From the NCBI GenBank assembly GCA_965216325.1, contig OZ244160.1:192001-256000 (forward strand): a DNA stretch of 64,000 nt. The letters are read 5' to 3'. Positions 22,284-34,731 of this stretch are shown one piece after another; position 1 is the stretch's first letter; the number at the start of each line of letters is the position of its first letter. A program made the position numbers and the translations under genes. Source of the DNA: Coraliomargarita sp. Lineage in GTDB: Bacteria; Verrucomicrobiota; Verrucomicrobiia; Opitutales; Coraliomargaritaceae. A model generated the notes under the pieces. It was not told the origin of the DNA, did not search any database, and saw only the letters and a list, made by a program, of their open reading frames with translations.

Positions 22284-23609
22284 TTACGGAAACACCCCGC
22301 GCATTTCGTAGACGTTATCGATGTATTCGATAGCAGCAGCGTAGGAAGCGATACGCATATTGCAGCCTAGGCGTTTGGCCGTATCCAGAACGCGTTGGGC
22401 GGAACGATTCATCACTTTGCGCAGCTTTTCGTCGACCAGCTCTTCGTCCCAGGTCTCGGATTGGCGGTTTTGTTTCCACTCGAAATAACTGACTGTCACA
22501 CCACCCGCATTGCAAAGAATCGCTGGCAAGACTTCGACGCCTTTGTCGAGTAGGTGACGTTCAGCACGTGGAGTCGTCGGTGCATTCGCGCCTTCGACTA
22601 GAACCTTGCAGTTCATTTGTTTGGCGTGCTCAAGATCGACCATCTGTTCGAGCGCGGCCGGGATGAAGAGGTCGACTTGCGTGGCATAAAAGGCTGCTTC
22701 ACTGATCGCTTCGGCAGCGGGGTAGCCCTTGACGCCTCCGTTTGCAGCTACGTAGCTGGCGAGTGCTTCAGCATCGATACCGTCTTCACAGTAGATAGCG
22801 CCCGTGTGGTCCATGACCGCACTCAGTTTCGAGCCAAGCTTCTGCAACAGACGCCCTGTCCAAGAGCCGACATTACCATAACCGATCAGGCTGAAGTTGA
22901 GCTGGTCGATTTGCATCCCCATGCCGGGGAGCAGTTCTTCCAAGACGAAGACGAGCCCTTGCCCGGTGGCTTTCTCGCGGCCGGCGGAACCACCGAATTC
23001 GAGTGGTTTGCCGGTAACGACACCACGCGCGGTGACGCGATTGGAGGATTCAGCAAAGTTGATATAAGTGTCGGCCATCCATGCCATGACTTGGGCATTG
23101 GTGCCGACATCGGGTGCCGGAATGTCGTAGTCGGGGCCGATGTTGTCGCCGAGCGCAGCCGTCATCCGACGTGTCACACGCATGAGTTCTTCTTTGCTGA
23201 GTGCGCGTGGATCGATTTTGAGTGCTCCCTTGGCCCCGCCAAAGGGCAAGCGGGCTAGGGCGCACTTCATCGTCATGAGTAGTGCGAGCGTTTTGACCTC
23301 GTCGAGCTTTACCTCGGGGTGGTAGCGAATGCCGCCCTTGTAGGGGCCGAGCACATTGTTGTGCTGCACGCGGTAGCCTTTCACCAACTGCCAGGTACCG
23401 TCGTCCATTTGCACCGGACAGTGCACCATGATCTCATTCTTCGGCTGGGTGAGGATCAGCTTCAGCCGATGCGGGACCTCGAGCAGGTTGGCGGCTTCGA
23501 GGACCGAACCAATCGTTTGAAAATACAAGTTATGCTCGTCGTAGTATTCTTCCAGTTCGTGGAAAATCTCACGGGCGGACTGACAGGCTGGGGTATCGCA
23601 GGATTCCAT
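22284..23609 (-). CDS. gdhA: Glutamate dehydrogenase (Glu/Leu/Phe/Val dehydrogenase family)
   Basis: GPYKGGIRYHP, GGAKG, DIPAPDVGT, GYGNVG, NAGGVTVSYFEW. Confidence 0.9.
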   Translation of the reverse strand: MESCDTPACQSAREIFHELEEYYDEHNLYFQTIGSVLEAANLLEVPHRLKLILTQPKNEIMVHCPVQMDDGTWQLVKGYRVQHNNVLGPYKGGIRYHPEVKLDEVKTLALLMTMKCALARLPFGGAKGALKIDPRALSKEELMRVTRRMTAALGDNIGPDYDIPAPDVGTNAQVMAWMADTYINFAESSNRVTARGVVTGKPLEFGGSAGREKATGQGLVFVLEELLPGMGMQIDQLNFSLIGYGNVGSWTGRLLQKLGSKLSAVMDHTGAIYCEDGIDAEALASYVAANGGVKGYPAAEAISEAAFYATQVDLFIPAALEQMVDLEHAKQMNCKVLVEGANAPTTPRAERHLLDKGVEVLPAILCNAGGVTVSYFEWKQNRQSETWDEELVDEKLRKVMNRSAQRVLDTAKRLGCNMRIASYAAAIEYIDNVYEMRGVFP

Positions 23610-23664
23610 GCACTAAGGCTGTCATGGATCGCTCAATTGGCAAGCGGGGATGAATGTCGCTTCG

Positions 23665-23934
23665 TTAAGCCTTCCAATCTTTGGTCTGCTCTTGAAGCAT
23701 GGCGCGGAGGGCGGCTTTTTTCTCGTCGTTCATTTTCGGACGCGAGGCCTCGCAGTCGTGGTCGTGCTCCTTGTAGCAACGGCACATTTCTTGGCTGTCG
23801 ATCACCTGCTTGTTGAATTTACCGCAGAAGAAGCACAGACGAATGTGCAAGCGAAGAAAGAACTTTCGCATGGGCGAAAGGTTCTCGTAATCGGTTTCGA
23901 GGAGTGCTTTGGAGACTTGTTTACAGGTGAACAT
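23665..23934 (-). CDS. Zinc-finger anti-sigma factor (zf-HC2-like)
   Basis: TCKQVS...LRLHIRLCFFC (HxxxCxxC), downstream of an ECF sigma. Confidence 0.8.
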   Translation of the reverse strand: MFTCKQVSKALLETDYENLSPMRKFFLRLHIRLCFFCGKFNKQVIDSQEMCRCYKEHDHDCEASRPKMNDEKKAALRAMLQEQTKDWKA

Positions 23935-24051
23935 TTTTAGAGGGGTTAGGGGGCAGAATTTAGGAGCTAGAAGCTATTCATGCTTATTTTGTATGACTGC
24001 ATTTAAGAAAAATCTAACTTCTAACTACTCCCTTCTAACTTCTTGAAATAT

Positions 24052-24645
24052 TTAATCGGCTTCGGGTCCGGTCCAATTCGCTTCAAGCGCAGTCTTCAGT
24101 TGAGCGCGAGCGCGGTGTAACAAAACCCACAGATAGTTCGGTGTGATGTCCATGACCTTACAAACTTCTTCAGTTGTGTGGTCTTCCAGCACTTTTAAGA
24201 TAAATGCTTGCCGTGCAGGGTCTTTGACATCGTTGATGCAGGTTTCAAAGACTTTCCAGAACTCGGTGTTGTCGTAGGATTTGCGCGGATTGAACTGCCA
24301 CGGGTCGGGATTGGTCGTGGTAATTCCGCTGTATTTGAACCAGAAGCTCTCCATCATCGCTTCGTCTTCGCTGTCGATGTTGACTTTGCTCTCTTTGACG
24401 GATTTACGGATCTGGTCGACGATCTTGTTGCGCATGATGCCGCGCAGCCAGAATTTGATGTCGCGGCTGCCATCGAAGCGGTCGAGTGCTTTGATGCCGG
24501 CCATAAAAGTGTCCTGCACGCAGTCCTGAGCAGCTTCTGGATTGCGGAGGCGAGACATCGCGAAGCCAAAGAGATAATCACCATACAGGTCGACCCACTG
24601 TTCGGGCGGGGTGATTGGGACTTTTGGTTGCGACTCGTTAGGCAT
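24052..24645 (-). CDS. ECF RNA polymerase sigma factor
   Basis: AQDCVQDTF, WLRGIMRNKIVD, region 4 WVLLHRARAQLK. Confidence 0.92.
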   Translation of the reverse strand: MPNESQPKVPITPPEQWVDLYGDYLFGFAMSRLRNPEAAQDCVQDTFMAGIKALDRFDGSRDIKFWLRGIMRNKIVDQIRKSVKESKVNIDSEDEAMMESFWFKYSGITTTNPDPWQFNPRKSYDNTEFWKVFETCINDVKDPARQAFILKVLEDHTTEEVCKVMDITPNYLWVLLHRARAQLKTALEANWTGPEAD

Positions 24646-24749
24646 CTATCGGTGACATTACTTGTCTATGATATGGGGTCAATAGGCGTTACTTATATTG
24701 GATCAATTTCGTTCGTGCATTTCACAGAAATCAGCATTCACTGCCTGCC

Positions 24750-25193
24750 ATGGACGAAATTTTACGCACGATCCCGCACCGCCCGCCGTTCCTCTTTGTC
24801 GACGAAATTGTCGAAGTTCGTGAGGATGGCGCTACATGTAAGCGCACCATTCGCATGGAAGAGCCTCAGTTTGAAGGCCACTATCCGGGCAACCCAATTA
24901 TGCCGGGTGTGTTGCTCTGCGAAGCTTGTTTCCAAGCCGGCGCGATTTACCTCGCCAAGCAGATCGAGAAGGAAGGACGCTCGCTCAAGGATGTGACTCC
25001 CGTGTTGTCCCGTATTTCAGACGCGCGTTTCAAGCAAATGGTCAAGCCGGGCGATGAGGTAACCATCGAGGTCACGATGAAAGAGACCGTCAGCAAGTTC
25101 TTCTTCATGAAGGGCAAGGTGCTCAAGAATGGTAAGCCTGCGCTGACCATTGAGTTCGCACTCGCAATGCTGGAACCGGAGGCGGGCAAGTGA
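24750..25193 (+). CDS. fabZ: 3-hydroxyacyl-ACP dehydratase
   Basis: IPHRPPFLFVD, FEGHYPGNPIMPGVLLCEA, VKPGD. Confidence 0.88.
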   Translation: MDEILRTIPHRPPFLFVDEIVEVREDGATCKRTIRMEEPQFEGHYPGNPIMPGVLLCEACFQAGAIYLAKQIEKEGRSLKDVTPVLSRISDARFKQMVKPGDEVTIEVTMKETVSKFFFMKGKVLKNGKPALTIEFALAMLEPEAGK

Positions 25194-25996
25194 GTTTCCT
25201 CGGCTTTGAAGGCAAGCGCTACCTCGTAATGGGAGTGGCGAATCGTAAGAGTGTCGCGTGGGCGATCACGAAGTCGCTTGAAGAACTAGGTGCGGACGTA
25301 ATTCACAGCGTGCGTTCCGAAGCGCGCTTGGAGAGCTTGCAGAAGCTGCTCGGTGAGCGTAAGGCCTATCTCTGTGATGTGGAGTTTTCCGAGCAAATCA
25401 CTGCGCTGGCTGAGCAAGTCGCGGCCGACTATGGTCAGATCGACGGTATTGTGCACTCAATCGCGTTTGCGAATTACTCGGAGGGCTTTAAGCCCTTCCA
25501 CGAAACGGTGAAGAAGGACTTCTTGCAGGCGACTTCGATTTCTGCCTTCTCGCTGGTTGAAGTGGCGAATGCGTTTAAGCCGATTCTAAGCGAGGATGCT
25601 TCCGTGGTTTCGATTGGTATTTCGTCGACCGATGTGACTGCTGAGAATTACGGCTATATGGCACCGATCAAATCGGCGCTGGAAACCTGCTCTTACAACT
25701 TGGCCAAGTCCTTTGGCGCAGACACGCGTGTGCGTTTCAATACCGTGAATGCCGGGCCGCTCAAGACCAGTGCATCCGCGGGCATCCCCGGCTACTTGGA
25801 GAGCTATCTCTACGCGGAGAAGCTGACCTTCCGTAAGCAGAACCTGACCACGCAGGAAGTGGCGAATACCGCAGTCTTCTTGCTGAGTCCTGCATCGAGC
25901 GGGATTAACGGTCAAGGCATCGTCGTGAACGCCGGTATGGACCGAAATTACTTCGATAAGGAAGTGGTGCGTTTGGCGATGCGTCCGGAGAAGTAG
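25190..25996 (+). CDS. fabI: Enoyl-ACP reductase
   Basis: GVANRKSVAW, VHSIAFA, YGYMAPIK, NAGPLKT; 4-nt overlap with fabZ. Confidence 0.88.
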   Translation: MSFLGFEGKRYLVMGVANRKSVAWAITKSLEELGADVIHSVRSEARLESLQKLLGERKAYLCDVEFSEQITALAEQVAADYGQIDGIVHSIAFANYSEGFKPFHETVKKDFLQATSISAFSLVEVANAFKPILSEDASVVSIGISSTDVTAENYGYMAPIKSALETCSYNLAKSFGADTRVRFNTVNAGPLKTSASAGIPGYLESYLYAEKLTFRKQNLTTQEVANTAVFLLSPASSGINGQGIVVNAGMDRNYFDKEVVRLAMRPEK

Positions 25997-26054
25997 GGGC
26001 GCGACTTGACGCGCCCGCATCGGTTCGACGGGCGTGCGAAACGCTCGCCCCTAC
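25993..26054. repeat. GTAGGGGCG-type REP pair
   Basis: GTAGGGGCG...CGCCCCTAC; same family at 41134-41209. Confidence 0.75.
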
Positions 26055-26422
26055 ACAGGCTTCACCACTGTCAGTAGCATCTTGAAGTTTTCAGGTGCGT
26101 CGACGGCGTGCGGAATGTTGGCGGGTAGGACGATTGTCTGGCCTGCTGGAACCGTATGCGCTTGGCCATCTACAGTGAGGCTGCCTGTGCCATCCAGCAC
26201 TTGGACCATCGCGTCACCGGTTGAGCTGTGGGTGCTCAGGCCTTCACCTTTGGCAAATGCGAATACAGTCAGATTCAGATACTTGTTCTGCGCGAGTGTG
26301 CGGCTGATCACTTGGCCGTCCTGATACTCGACCAGAGCGCAGAGCTCCAAGGCTTCGGCCTTGGGCATGTTTTTGATCATCGGCTTTGCCGCTGGTGTGA
26401 GTGTTAAGTTTTGAAGGTCCAT
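26051..26422 (-). CDS. Cupin domain protein
   Basis: LTVFAFAKGEGLSTHS, LPANIPHAV, FKMLL. Confidence 0.88.
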   Translation of the reverse strand: MDLQNLTLTPAAKPMIKNMPKAEALELCALVEYQDGQVISRTLAQNKYLNLTVFAFAKGEGLSTHSSTGDAMVQVLDGTGSLTVDGQAHTVPAGQTIVLPANIPHAVDAPENFKMLLTVVKPV

Positions 26423-26564
26423 GATGAACTTAAAGGTAAAGGCTACGAAAGGAGCGAGCGCTGCAGGCTCATTGAGCTACCAATCTCAATCAGCCATCCT
26501 CATAGAACACACTAACAGGAGCCTACTAGCAGCTGCTGTCCTTTCGTAGCTAAATGATGGAGCT

Positions 26565-26816
26565 CTAGTGATTGCAGCGTTTGCTGGTATCAAACACAAA
26601 GGCTTCGGGGGTGCCGGCAAATTTACCTTTGGCCCAGAGAGTCTCGATCAGCTGCGCGGCTGTCATACCACCGCCGGAGCAGATGTAGAAGCGGGCGTCG
26701 GTGCCGAACTTTTCGTTGATCGTAGCTTCAAGACTCGCGTCGCTATATTGGATGCCTGAAGCAATCATCATTTCGAGGACTTCGTGGCCGTGGTGTTCGA
26801 TATTTTTTACGTTCAT
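26565..26816 (-). CDS. YecH-family putative metal-binding protein
   Basis: HGHEVLEMM, FGTDARFYICS, KGKF, C-terminal CNH. Confidence 0.85.
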   Translation of the reverse strand: MNVKNIEHHGHEVLEMMIASGIQYSDASLEATINEKFGTDARFYICSGGGMTAAQLIETLWAKGKFAGTPEAFVFDTSKRCNH

Positions 26817-26818
26817 AA

Positions 26819-27121
26819 TTAAGAGCTGAATTGTTGTTTAATGCGAGTGAGTCGGATGCAGGCTCCGTCGCTGATTAGTGTGTCCCACCATTCGTCGCCA
26901 TCATAGGTATAGCGAATTTGCAGGCCGCGAATTTGTTCGCTGATTAAAAGGTGTTGTCCCTCGGTCAGGCTGATCGTCTTCGGCGCGGTATAACCTGGTC
27001 CTGCCTTCGGGATGACCGCAAGTATTTCGGTGCAGGCTTCAAGGTCGGTGAAGAGTGCGTGGAAGGTTTCCGGATCGAGCTCGGTTTGCGTGAGCTCAGG
27101 AAGTTGGAGTTCGGTAGGCAT
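26819..27121 (-). CDS. Hypothetical protein in the nap operon
   Basis: 100-aa ORF packed tightly between neighbours; QIRYTYDGDEWWDTL. Confidence 0.7.
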   Translation of the reverse strand: MPTELQLPELTQTELDPETFHALFTDLEACTEILAVIPKAGPGYTAPKTISLTEGQHLLISEQIRGLQIRYTYDGDEWWDTLISDGACIRLTRIKQQFSS

Positions 27122-27126
27122 GTTGA

Positions 27127-27438
27127 TTAGGGTAATACTGCCTTTAACGGATGGAGGAGTATTGCGTTGGTGGGTGCGGGACAGAGTTCATGGCAGATGC
27201 CGCAGCCAGTGCAGCGGTCTGCGACGATGCGTGGGATGCCACGTTCCATTACGATGGCGTCTGATTCCGGACAGCGTTCTTTGCAGGTGGAGCAAAAGCT
27301 ATTCTGGTAGGCGAGGCAGTGACGTCCTTGGATGATTGCGACCTTCGGGCTCGATTCGACTACAGGCGCTTCAGCCACGGTCTCTGAGGAGCGTGGAATA
27401 AAACGGCTAAAGAAGTCGCGTCTGGATAAAGTGGCCAT
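27127..27438 (-). CDS. Short NapF/NapG-like 4Fe-4S ferredoxin
   Basis: SRRDFF N-terminus, CLAYQNSFCSTCKERCP, CTGCGICHELCP. Confidence 0.8.
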   Translation of the reverse strand: MATLSRRDFFSRFIPRSSETVAEAPVVESSPKVAIIQGRHCLAYQNSFCSTCKERCPESDAIVMERGIPRIVADRCTGCGICHELCPAPTNAILLHPLKAVLP

Positions 27439-27471
27439 GCTGGAGTGAGGGGGAAAGTGAGAGTGTTTCGG

Positions 27472-27520
<49 letters not shown>

Positions 27521-27523
27521 TCG

Positions 27524-27586
27524 TCTTACTCTTAATCCTACTCTATCAACTGAAGGGATTCGGATTACGATTAACAGTAGGATTCA
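27524..27586. repeat. Inverted hexamer tandem repeat (TCTTAM/GATTAG family)
   Basis: TCTTAC TCTTAA TCCTAC ... GGATT CGGATT ACGATT AACAGT AGGATT; same family at 43144-43204. Confidence 0.6.
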
Positions 27587-27588
27587 GG

Positions 27589-28392
27589 TTATTGGGTATT
27601 TAGTAGTTCCTCGGTGAACGGGAATGGAGATTCGGCGAAGTTGCTTTTATCGATCTGTCCGCTAGGGACGTGACATTGGGTGCAGCTTTGACGTTCTGGG
27701 TGGCTGGTGCGGATTGGGCTGGTGCCGAGTTCGCCGTGACAGCTCATGCAGTTTTGACGCATGTGCAGGGTGTGCGGGATGGTCATCGGGGCGTCGTCGT
27801 AGGCTTGATCCTTCACTGCGGGTGCTTGGTTCCCCGTGAACTGATTGCCGGTATGAAGATCGAAGTCGGAGGTGTTCCAGCGGCTGCCGTGGCCTTCGGC
27901 TGAGACGTGGCATTGGGTGCAACTGGTATAGGCGGGGTGTGAGATCGCGGGGGCGACCACGTCGTCGATTCGGGTGGCTTGTGCGTGGCACTGTAAACAG
28001 GTGGCGGCGTTGTCTTGAGCGATTGGGTGGGGCACGATCGGCGGTGCGCCATCGTAAGCTCGGCGTGATTCACGTTTCTCGCGTAGTTGATCGGTGGATA
28101 CAAACAGTGGGTGTGTTTGCAGGTTTTCGACTGGGTTGCTGCGCAGGCTGCTGAGATGACTTTTGAAATTCGAGTTCGGTCCAAAGCCGGCCTTGGCAAT
28201 TTGGCTGTAGTCGACTGCAGCTTGAACGCTGGAGTGTTGTTCGTCCTCGTGATCGTGATGGGTGCTTTGCTCGGCTAGGGTTGTTTCTCGCACGGTTTGC
28301 CGCAGGCCCATGAAGAAGCCGCTCACCGAGGCGGTGAATACGACTGCGACTAAGATCGTAGTCGCTTTGACTGATTTGGATTTGCCGGGCAT
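27589..28392 (-). CDS. napB: NapB-like cytochrome c with two tandem diheme modules (4 CxxCH) and an N-terminal TM
   Basis: GAPPIVPH..CLQCH..SHP..CTQCHV and DAPMTIPH..CMSCH..SHP..CTQCHV; directly after napA. Confidence 0.75.
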   Translation of the reverse strand: MPGKSKSVKATTILVAVVFTASVSGFFMGLRQTVRETTLAEQSTHHDHEDEQHSSVQAAVDYSQIAKAGFGPNSNFKSHLSSLRSNPVENLQTHPLFVSTDQLREKRESRRAYDGAPPIVPHPIAQDNAATCLQCHAQATRIDDVVAPAISHPAYTSCTQCHVSAEGHGSRWNTSDFDLHTGNQFTGNQAPAVKDQAYDDAPMTIPHTLHMRQNCMSCHGELGTSPIRTSHPERQSCTQCHVPSGQIDKSNFAESPFPFTEELLNTQ

Positions 28393-28395
28393 GGC

Positions 28396-30828
<2,433 letters not shown>

Positions 30829-30830
30829 GG

Positions 30831-31115
30831 TTACTGGCAGGGTGCAGGTTGGGGTTCTTGGGTTGAAAATTCCTCAGTAGAGCAGAAGACGACATCGACG
30901 TAGACCACGCCGGGCAGTGATTCGATCCAACGGTGGATGGGGCGGGCGTCGGTGCCTTCGATCGCAATCGGCAAGTAGGAGCCGATGAGTTGCTCCGCAG
31001 TGATCGCTTCGTGCTCGGCGATGGTGGTTGCTGTGGATGCAGCGAGTTCGGCGTCATCGGACAGGGTGATGACCAGGCTGCTGAGAGCGGTATGCCATGG
31101 GCGTTGTTTGCTCAT
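30831..31115 (-). CDS. napD: NapD-like chaperone
   Basis: LSSLVI...IESLPGVVYVDVVF; immediately upstream of napA. Confidence 0.65.
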   Translation of the reverse strand: MSKQRPWHTALSSLVITLSDDAELAASTATTIAEHEAITAEQLIGSYLPIAIEGTDARPIHRWIESLPGVVYVDVVFCSTEEFSTQEPQPAPCQ

Positions 31116-31138
31116 TCTTGCTGCAAGCTAGCGGGTCG

Positions 31139-31188
31139 AAATTGCTTTATCAAGAATTAAATACCTTTTATTCTTGATAAAGCAATTT
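31139..31188. promoter_or_regulatory. Perfect 19-bp inverted repeat in the divergent promoter region; candidate Rrf2 operator
   Basis: AAATTGCTTTATCAAGAAT-N12-ATTCTTGATAAAGCAATTT. Confidence 0.7.
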
Positions 31189-31211
31189 GAAGGCTGCATA
31201 ACGAGGTGCAG

Positions 31212-31853
31212 ATGAAAACCTCGACCCTCATCGGAGCTGCTGCCTTTACCCTTGGAATTCTGATTCTTGCTGCCGGCTTTGTGATTTATAAACGCTCGTT
31301 TGAAGATTTCGAGCACGGTGGACATGCGAGCTCAGAGGTCGCCCTTCAAGTGGAGCATCTCTATGGGGTTGAGATTGAAGGGCAGCCGAGGACGCCGAGC
31401 GTCTTAACGGATGTGCTCTCGCATCGCGGTGAGGTGGGTGAGGTTGCGTGTGCGAGCTGTCATACGACACGGAGTCCCAATGTGGGGAATCATCAGGGGG
31501 ATGATTTGGATACTTTTCACCAAGGGCTCGTAGTGAAGCACGGTGATTTGAGCTGCTTGAGTTGTCACAATGATGCCAACTACGATACTTTGAAGTTGGC
31601 GGATGGCACGGCAGTTGGATTTGAAAATACGATGCAACTCTGTGCGCAGTGCCATGGGCCGCAGTCACGTGACTATCAGAACGGCTCGCACGGAGGGATG
31701 AACGGTTATTGGGATTTGTCCCGAGGGCCACGCACGCGTAACGCCTGCACCGTATGCCATGATGCGCACGCGCCGGCGTATCCACAGTTGATGCCGGTCT
31801 TTGCGCCGACCGACATCGTTCCGCCTAAAGACGATCACCACGCTGCCCACTAA
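31212..31853 (+). CDS. Membrane-anchored tetraheme cytochrome c
   Basis: N-terminal TM; CASCH, CLSCH, CAQCH, CTVCH; ATG after GAGG. Confidence 0.88.
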   Translation: MKTSTLIGAAAFTLGILILAAGFVIYKRSFEDFEHGGHASSEVALQVEHLYGVEIEGQPRTPSVLTDVLSHRGEVGEVACASCHTTRSPNVGNHQGDDLDTFHQGLVVKHGDLSCLSCHNDANYDTLKLADGTAVGFENTMQLCAQCHGPQSRDYQNGSHGGMNGYWDLSRGPRTRNACTVCHDAHAPAYPQLMPVFAPTDIVPPKDDHHAAH

Positions 31854-31859
31854 CTAACC

Positions 31860-32781
31860 ATGCCTGAACAATCTCAGTCCGAAGCCACGAAAGGGATCAG
31901 TCGCCGAACGGTGCTCAAGGGAGTCGGTGCCACGCTGGGAGCGGCTGCCTTCGCCAAAGCGATTGCTCCGCTCACCAATTGGGCGGCCGAGCAGTCGATC
32001 GATGAATTTCTACAGAATCACTACAGTGAGCTGACTCCGGAGCAAATGGAGAAGGTGATCGCGCGTCTGGAAGCCGAGACCAAGGAGGACTATGGTGCGG
32101 ATGTCACCATTAAAGATGCGAAGCCAAACCCGGGAGTGAAATTTGCGTATGCGCTGAACCTTAGTATCTGTGTTGGTTGTCGAAAGTGTGCACAGGCCTG
32201 CCATAAGGAAAACAACCACGATCGTGCTTCGCAGAATTCCTACATTCGTGTGTTGGAAATGAAGAAGGGGTCCTTGGATCTGGAGCATGGCCGCGCCAAT
32301 TACTCAGGGCCCGTGCCGAAGAGCGACTCCTTCTATATGCCGGTGCAATGTCAGCAGTGTGACAATCCGCCCTGTGTCGATGTCTGCCCGGTTGAGGCGA
32401 CCTGGAAGGAGAAGGACGGCATTGTGGCGGTTGATTACAATTGGTGCATTGGTTGTCGCTATTGTGAGGCTGCGTGTCCGTATCATGCCCGACGCTTTAA
32501 CTGGACGAAACCTCAGGTGCCGAAGGAGGATATTAATCCGGACCAAGGCTATCTCAGTAATCGCATTCGCCCGCAAGGCGTGATGGAGAAGTGCACCTTT
32601 TGTATGCACCGCACGCGTGAAGGGAAGTTACCTGCTTGCCTTGAAGCCTGCCCGACCGGTGCTCGTGTCTTTGGTAATATCCTCGATCCGGACTCAGAGA
32701 TCCGCTGGGTGCTGGAAAATAAACGTGTCTTTGTTTTGAAAGAAGAGCTCGGCACGAAACCTAGCTTCTACTACTTCTTCG

Positions 32782-32789
<8 letters not shown>
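31860..32789 (+). CDS. Tat-exported 4Fe-4S protein (NrfC/DsrO-like)
   Basis: SRRTVLK; CVGCRKCAQAC, CQQCDNPPCVDVCP, CIGCRYCEAACPY, KCTFC...ACLEACP. Confidence 0.9.
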
Positions 32790-34039
<1,250 letters not shown>

Positions 34040-34047
<8 letters not shown>

Positions 34048-34486
34048 ATACGGAAAGACTGCACAAAATGCGATATCCGCGATGAGCTTGCTCGCGGAAG
34101 TCTACGATGGTGGAGAAACGAAGCTGAGTTCGCTGGAGATTGCCGAGCGACGACAGTTACCAAAACCGCTGGTTGCGAAGTTGCTCGTGGTGTTGTCAAA
34201 AGCAGGCTTAGTGGATGGTACGCGTGGGCCGAAGGGCGGTTATTGGTTGGCCAAGAATCCGGGAGAGATTGTCCTGTTGGACATTGTTGTGTTGTTTGAG
34301 AAAATGGGTGAGCGGACGATGTGTCCCTTTGGTCCGGACTGGTGCGGCAATGGGGAGCCGTGCCCGCTGCATGATCAGCTGTTGGAGCTCGATGATCAAT
34401 TGATGCGCTTTCTCGAGCGAACCAGTCTTGCGGTTTTTGAGGAGGGGGCTTTGACGCGTGCTGCGGATGGCGCCTGTTATATCTGA
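34040..34486 (+). CDS. Rrf2-family Fe-S transcriptional regulator
   Basis: EIAE..., GLVDGTRGPKGGYWLAK, CPFGPDWCGNGEPCPLHD; ATG overlaps the NrfD stop region. Confidence 0.9.
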
Positions 34487-34731
34487 TGTTTGGGATTGGC
34501 TTTGCAGTTCTTAATTATGAGTCCTGCTTGCTGCAGCGAGCAGTTCCAATGCTGATTGGTTGGGCGATGTCTTTGGGGCTGACTTGGGTTGCCATTGGTT
34601 GGTTCAATGAAATTCACCGCAATCATTAGTTTAGTTCATGTCTTCATTAAGCTCATTAATCTAATTGGCATGAAAACTGTTAAAAACTTTGTGTGCAAAA
34701 TAAAGCGCATCCTTAGCAAACAAAACTGAAT

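Noticed and set aside
31149..31178. FNR/CRP box in the nap promoter
   Set aside because: The half-sites are in reverse order with the wrong spacing for TTGAT-N4-ATCAA.
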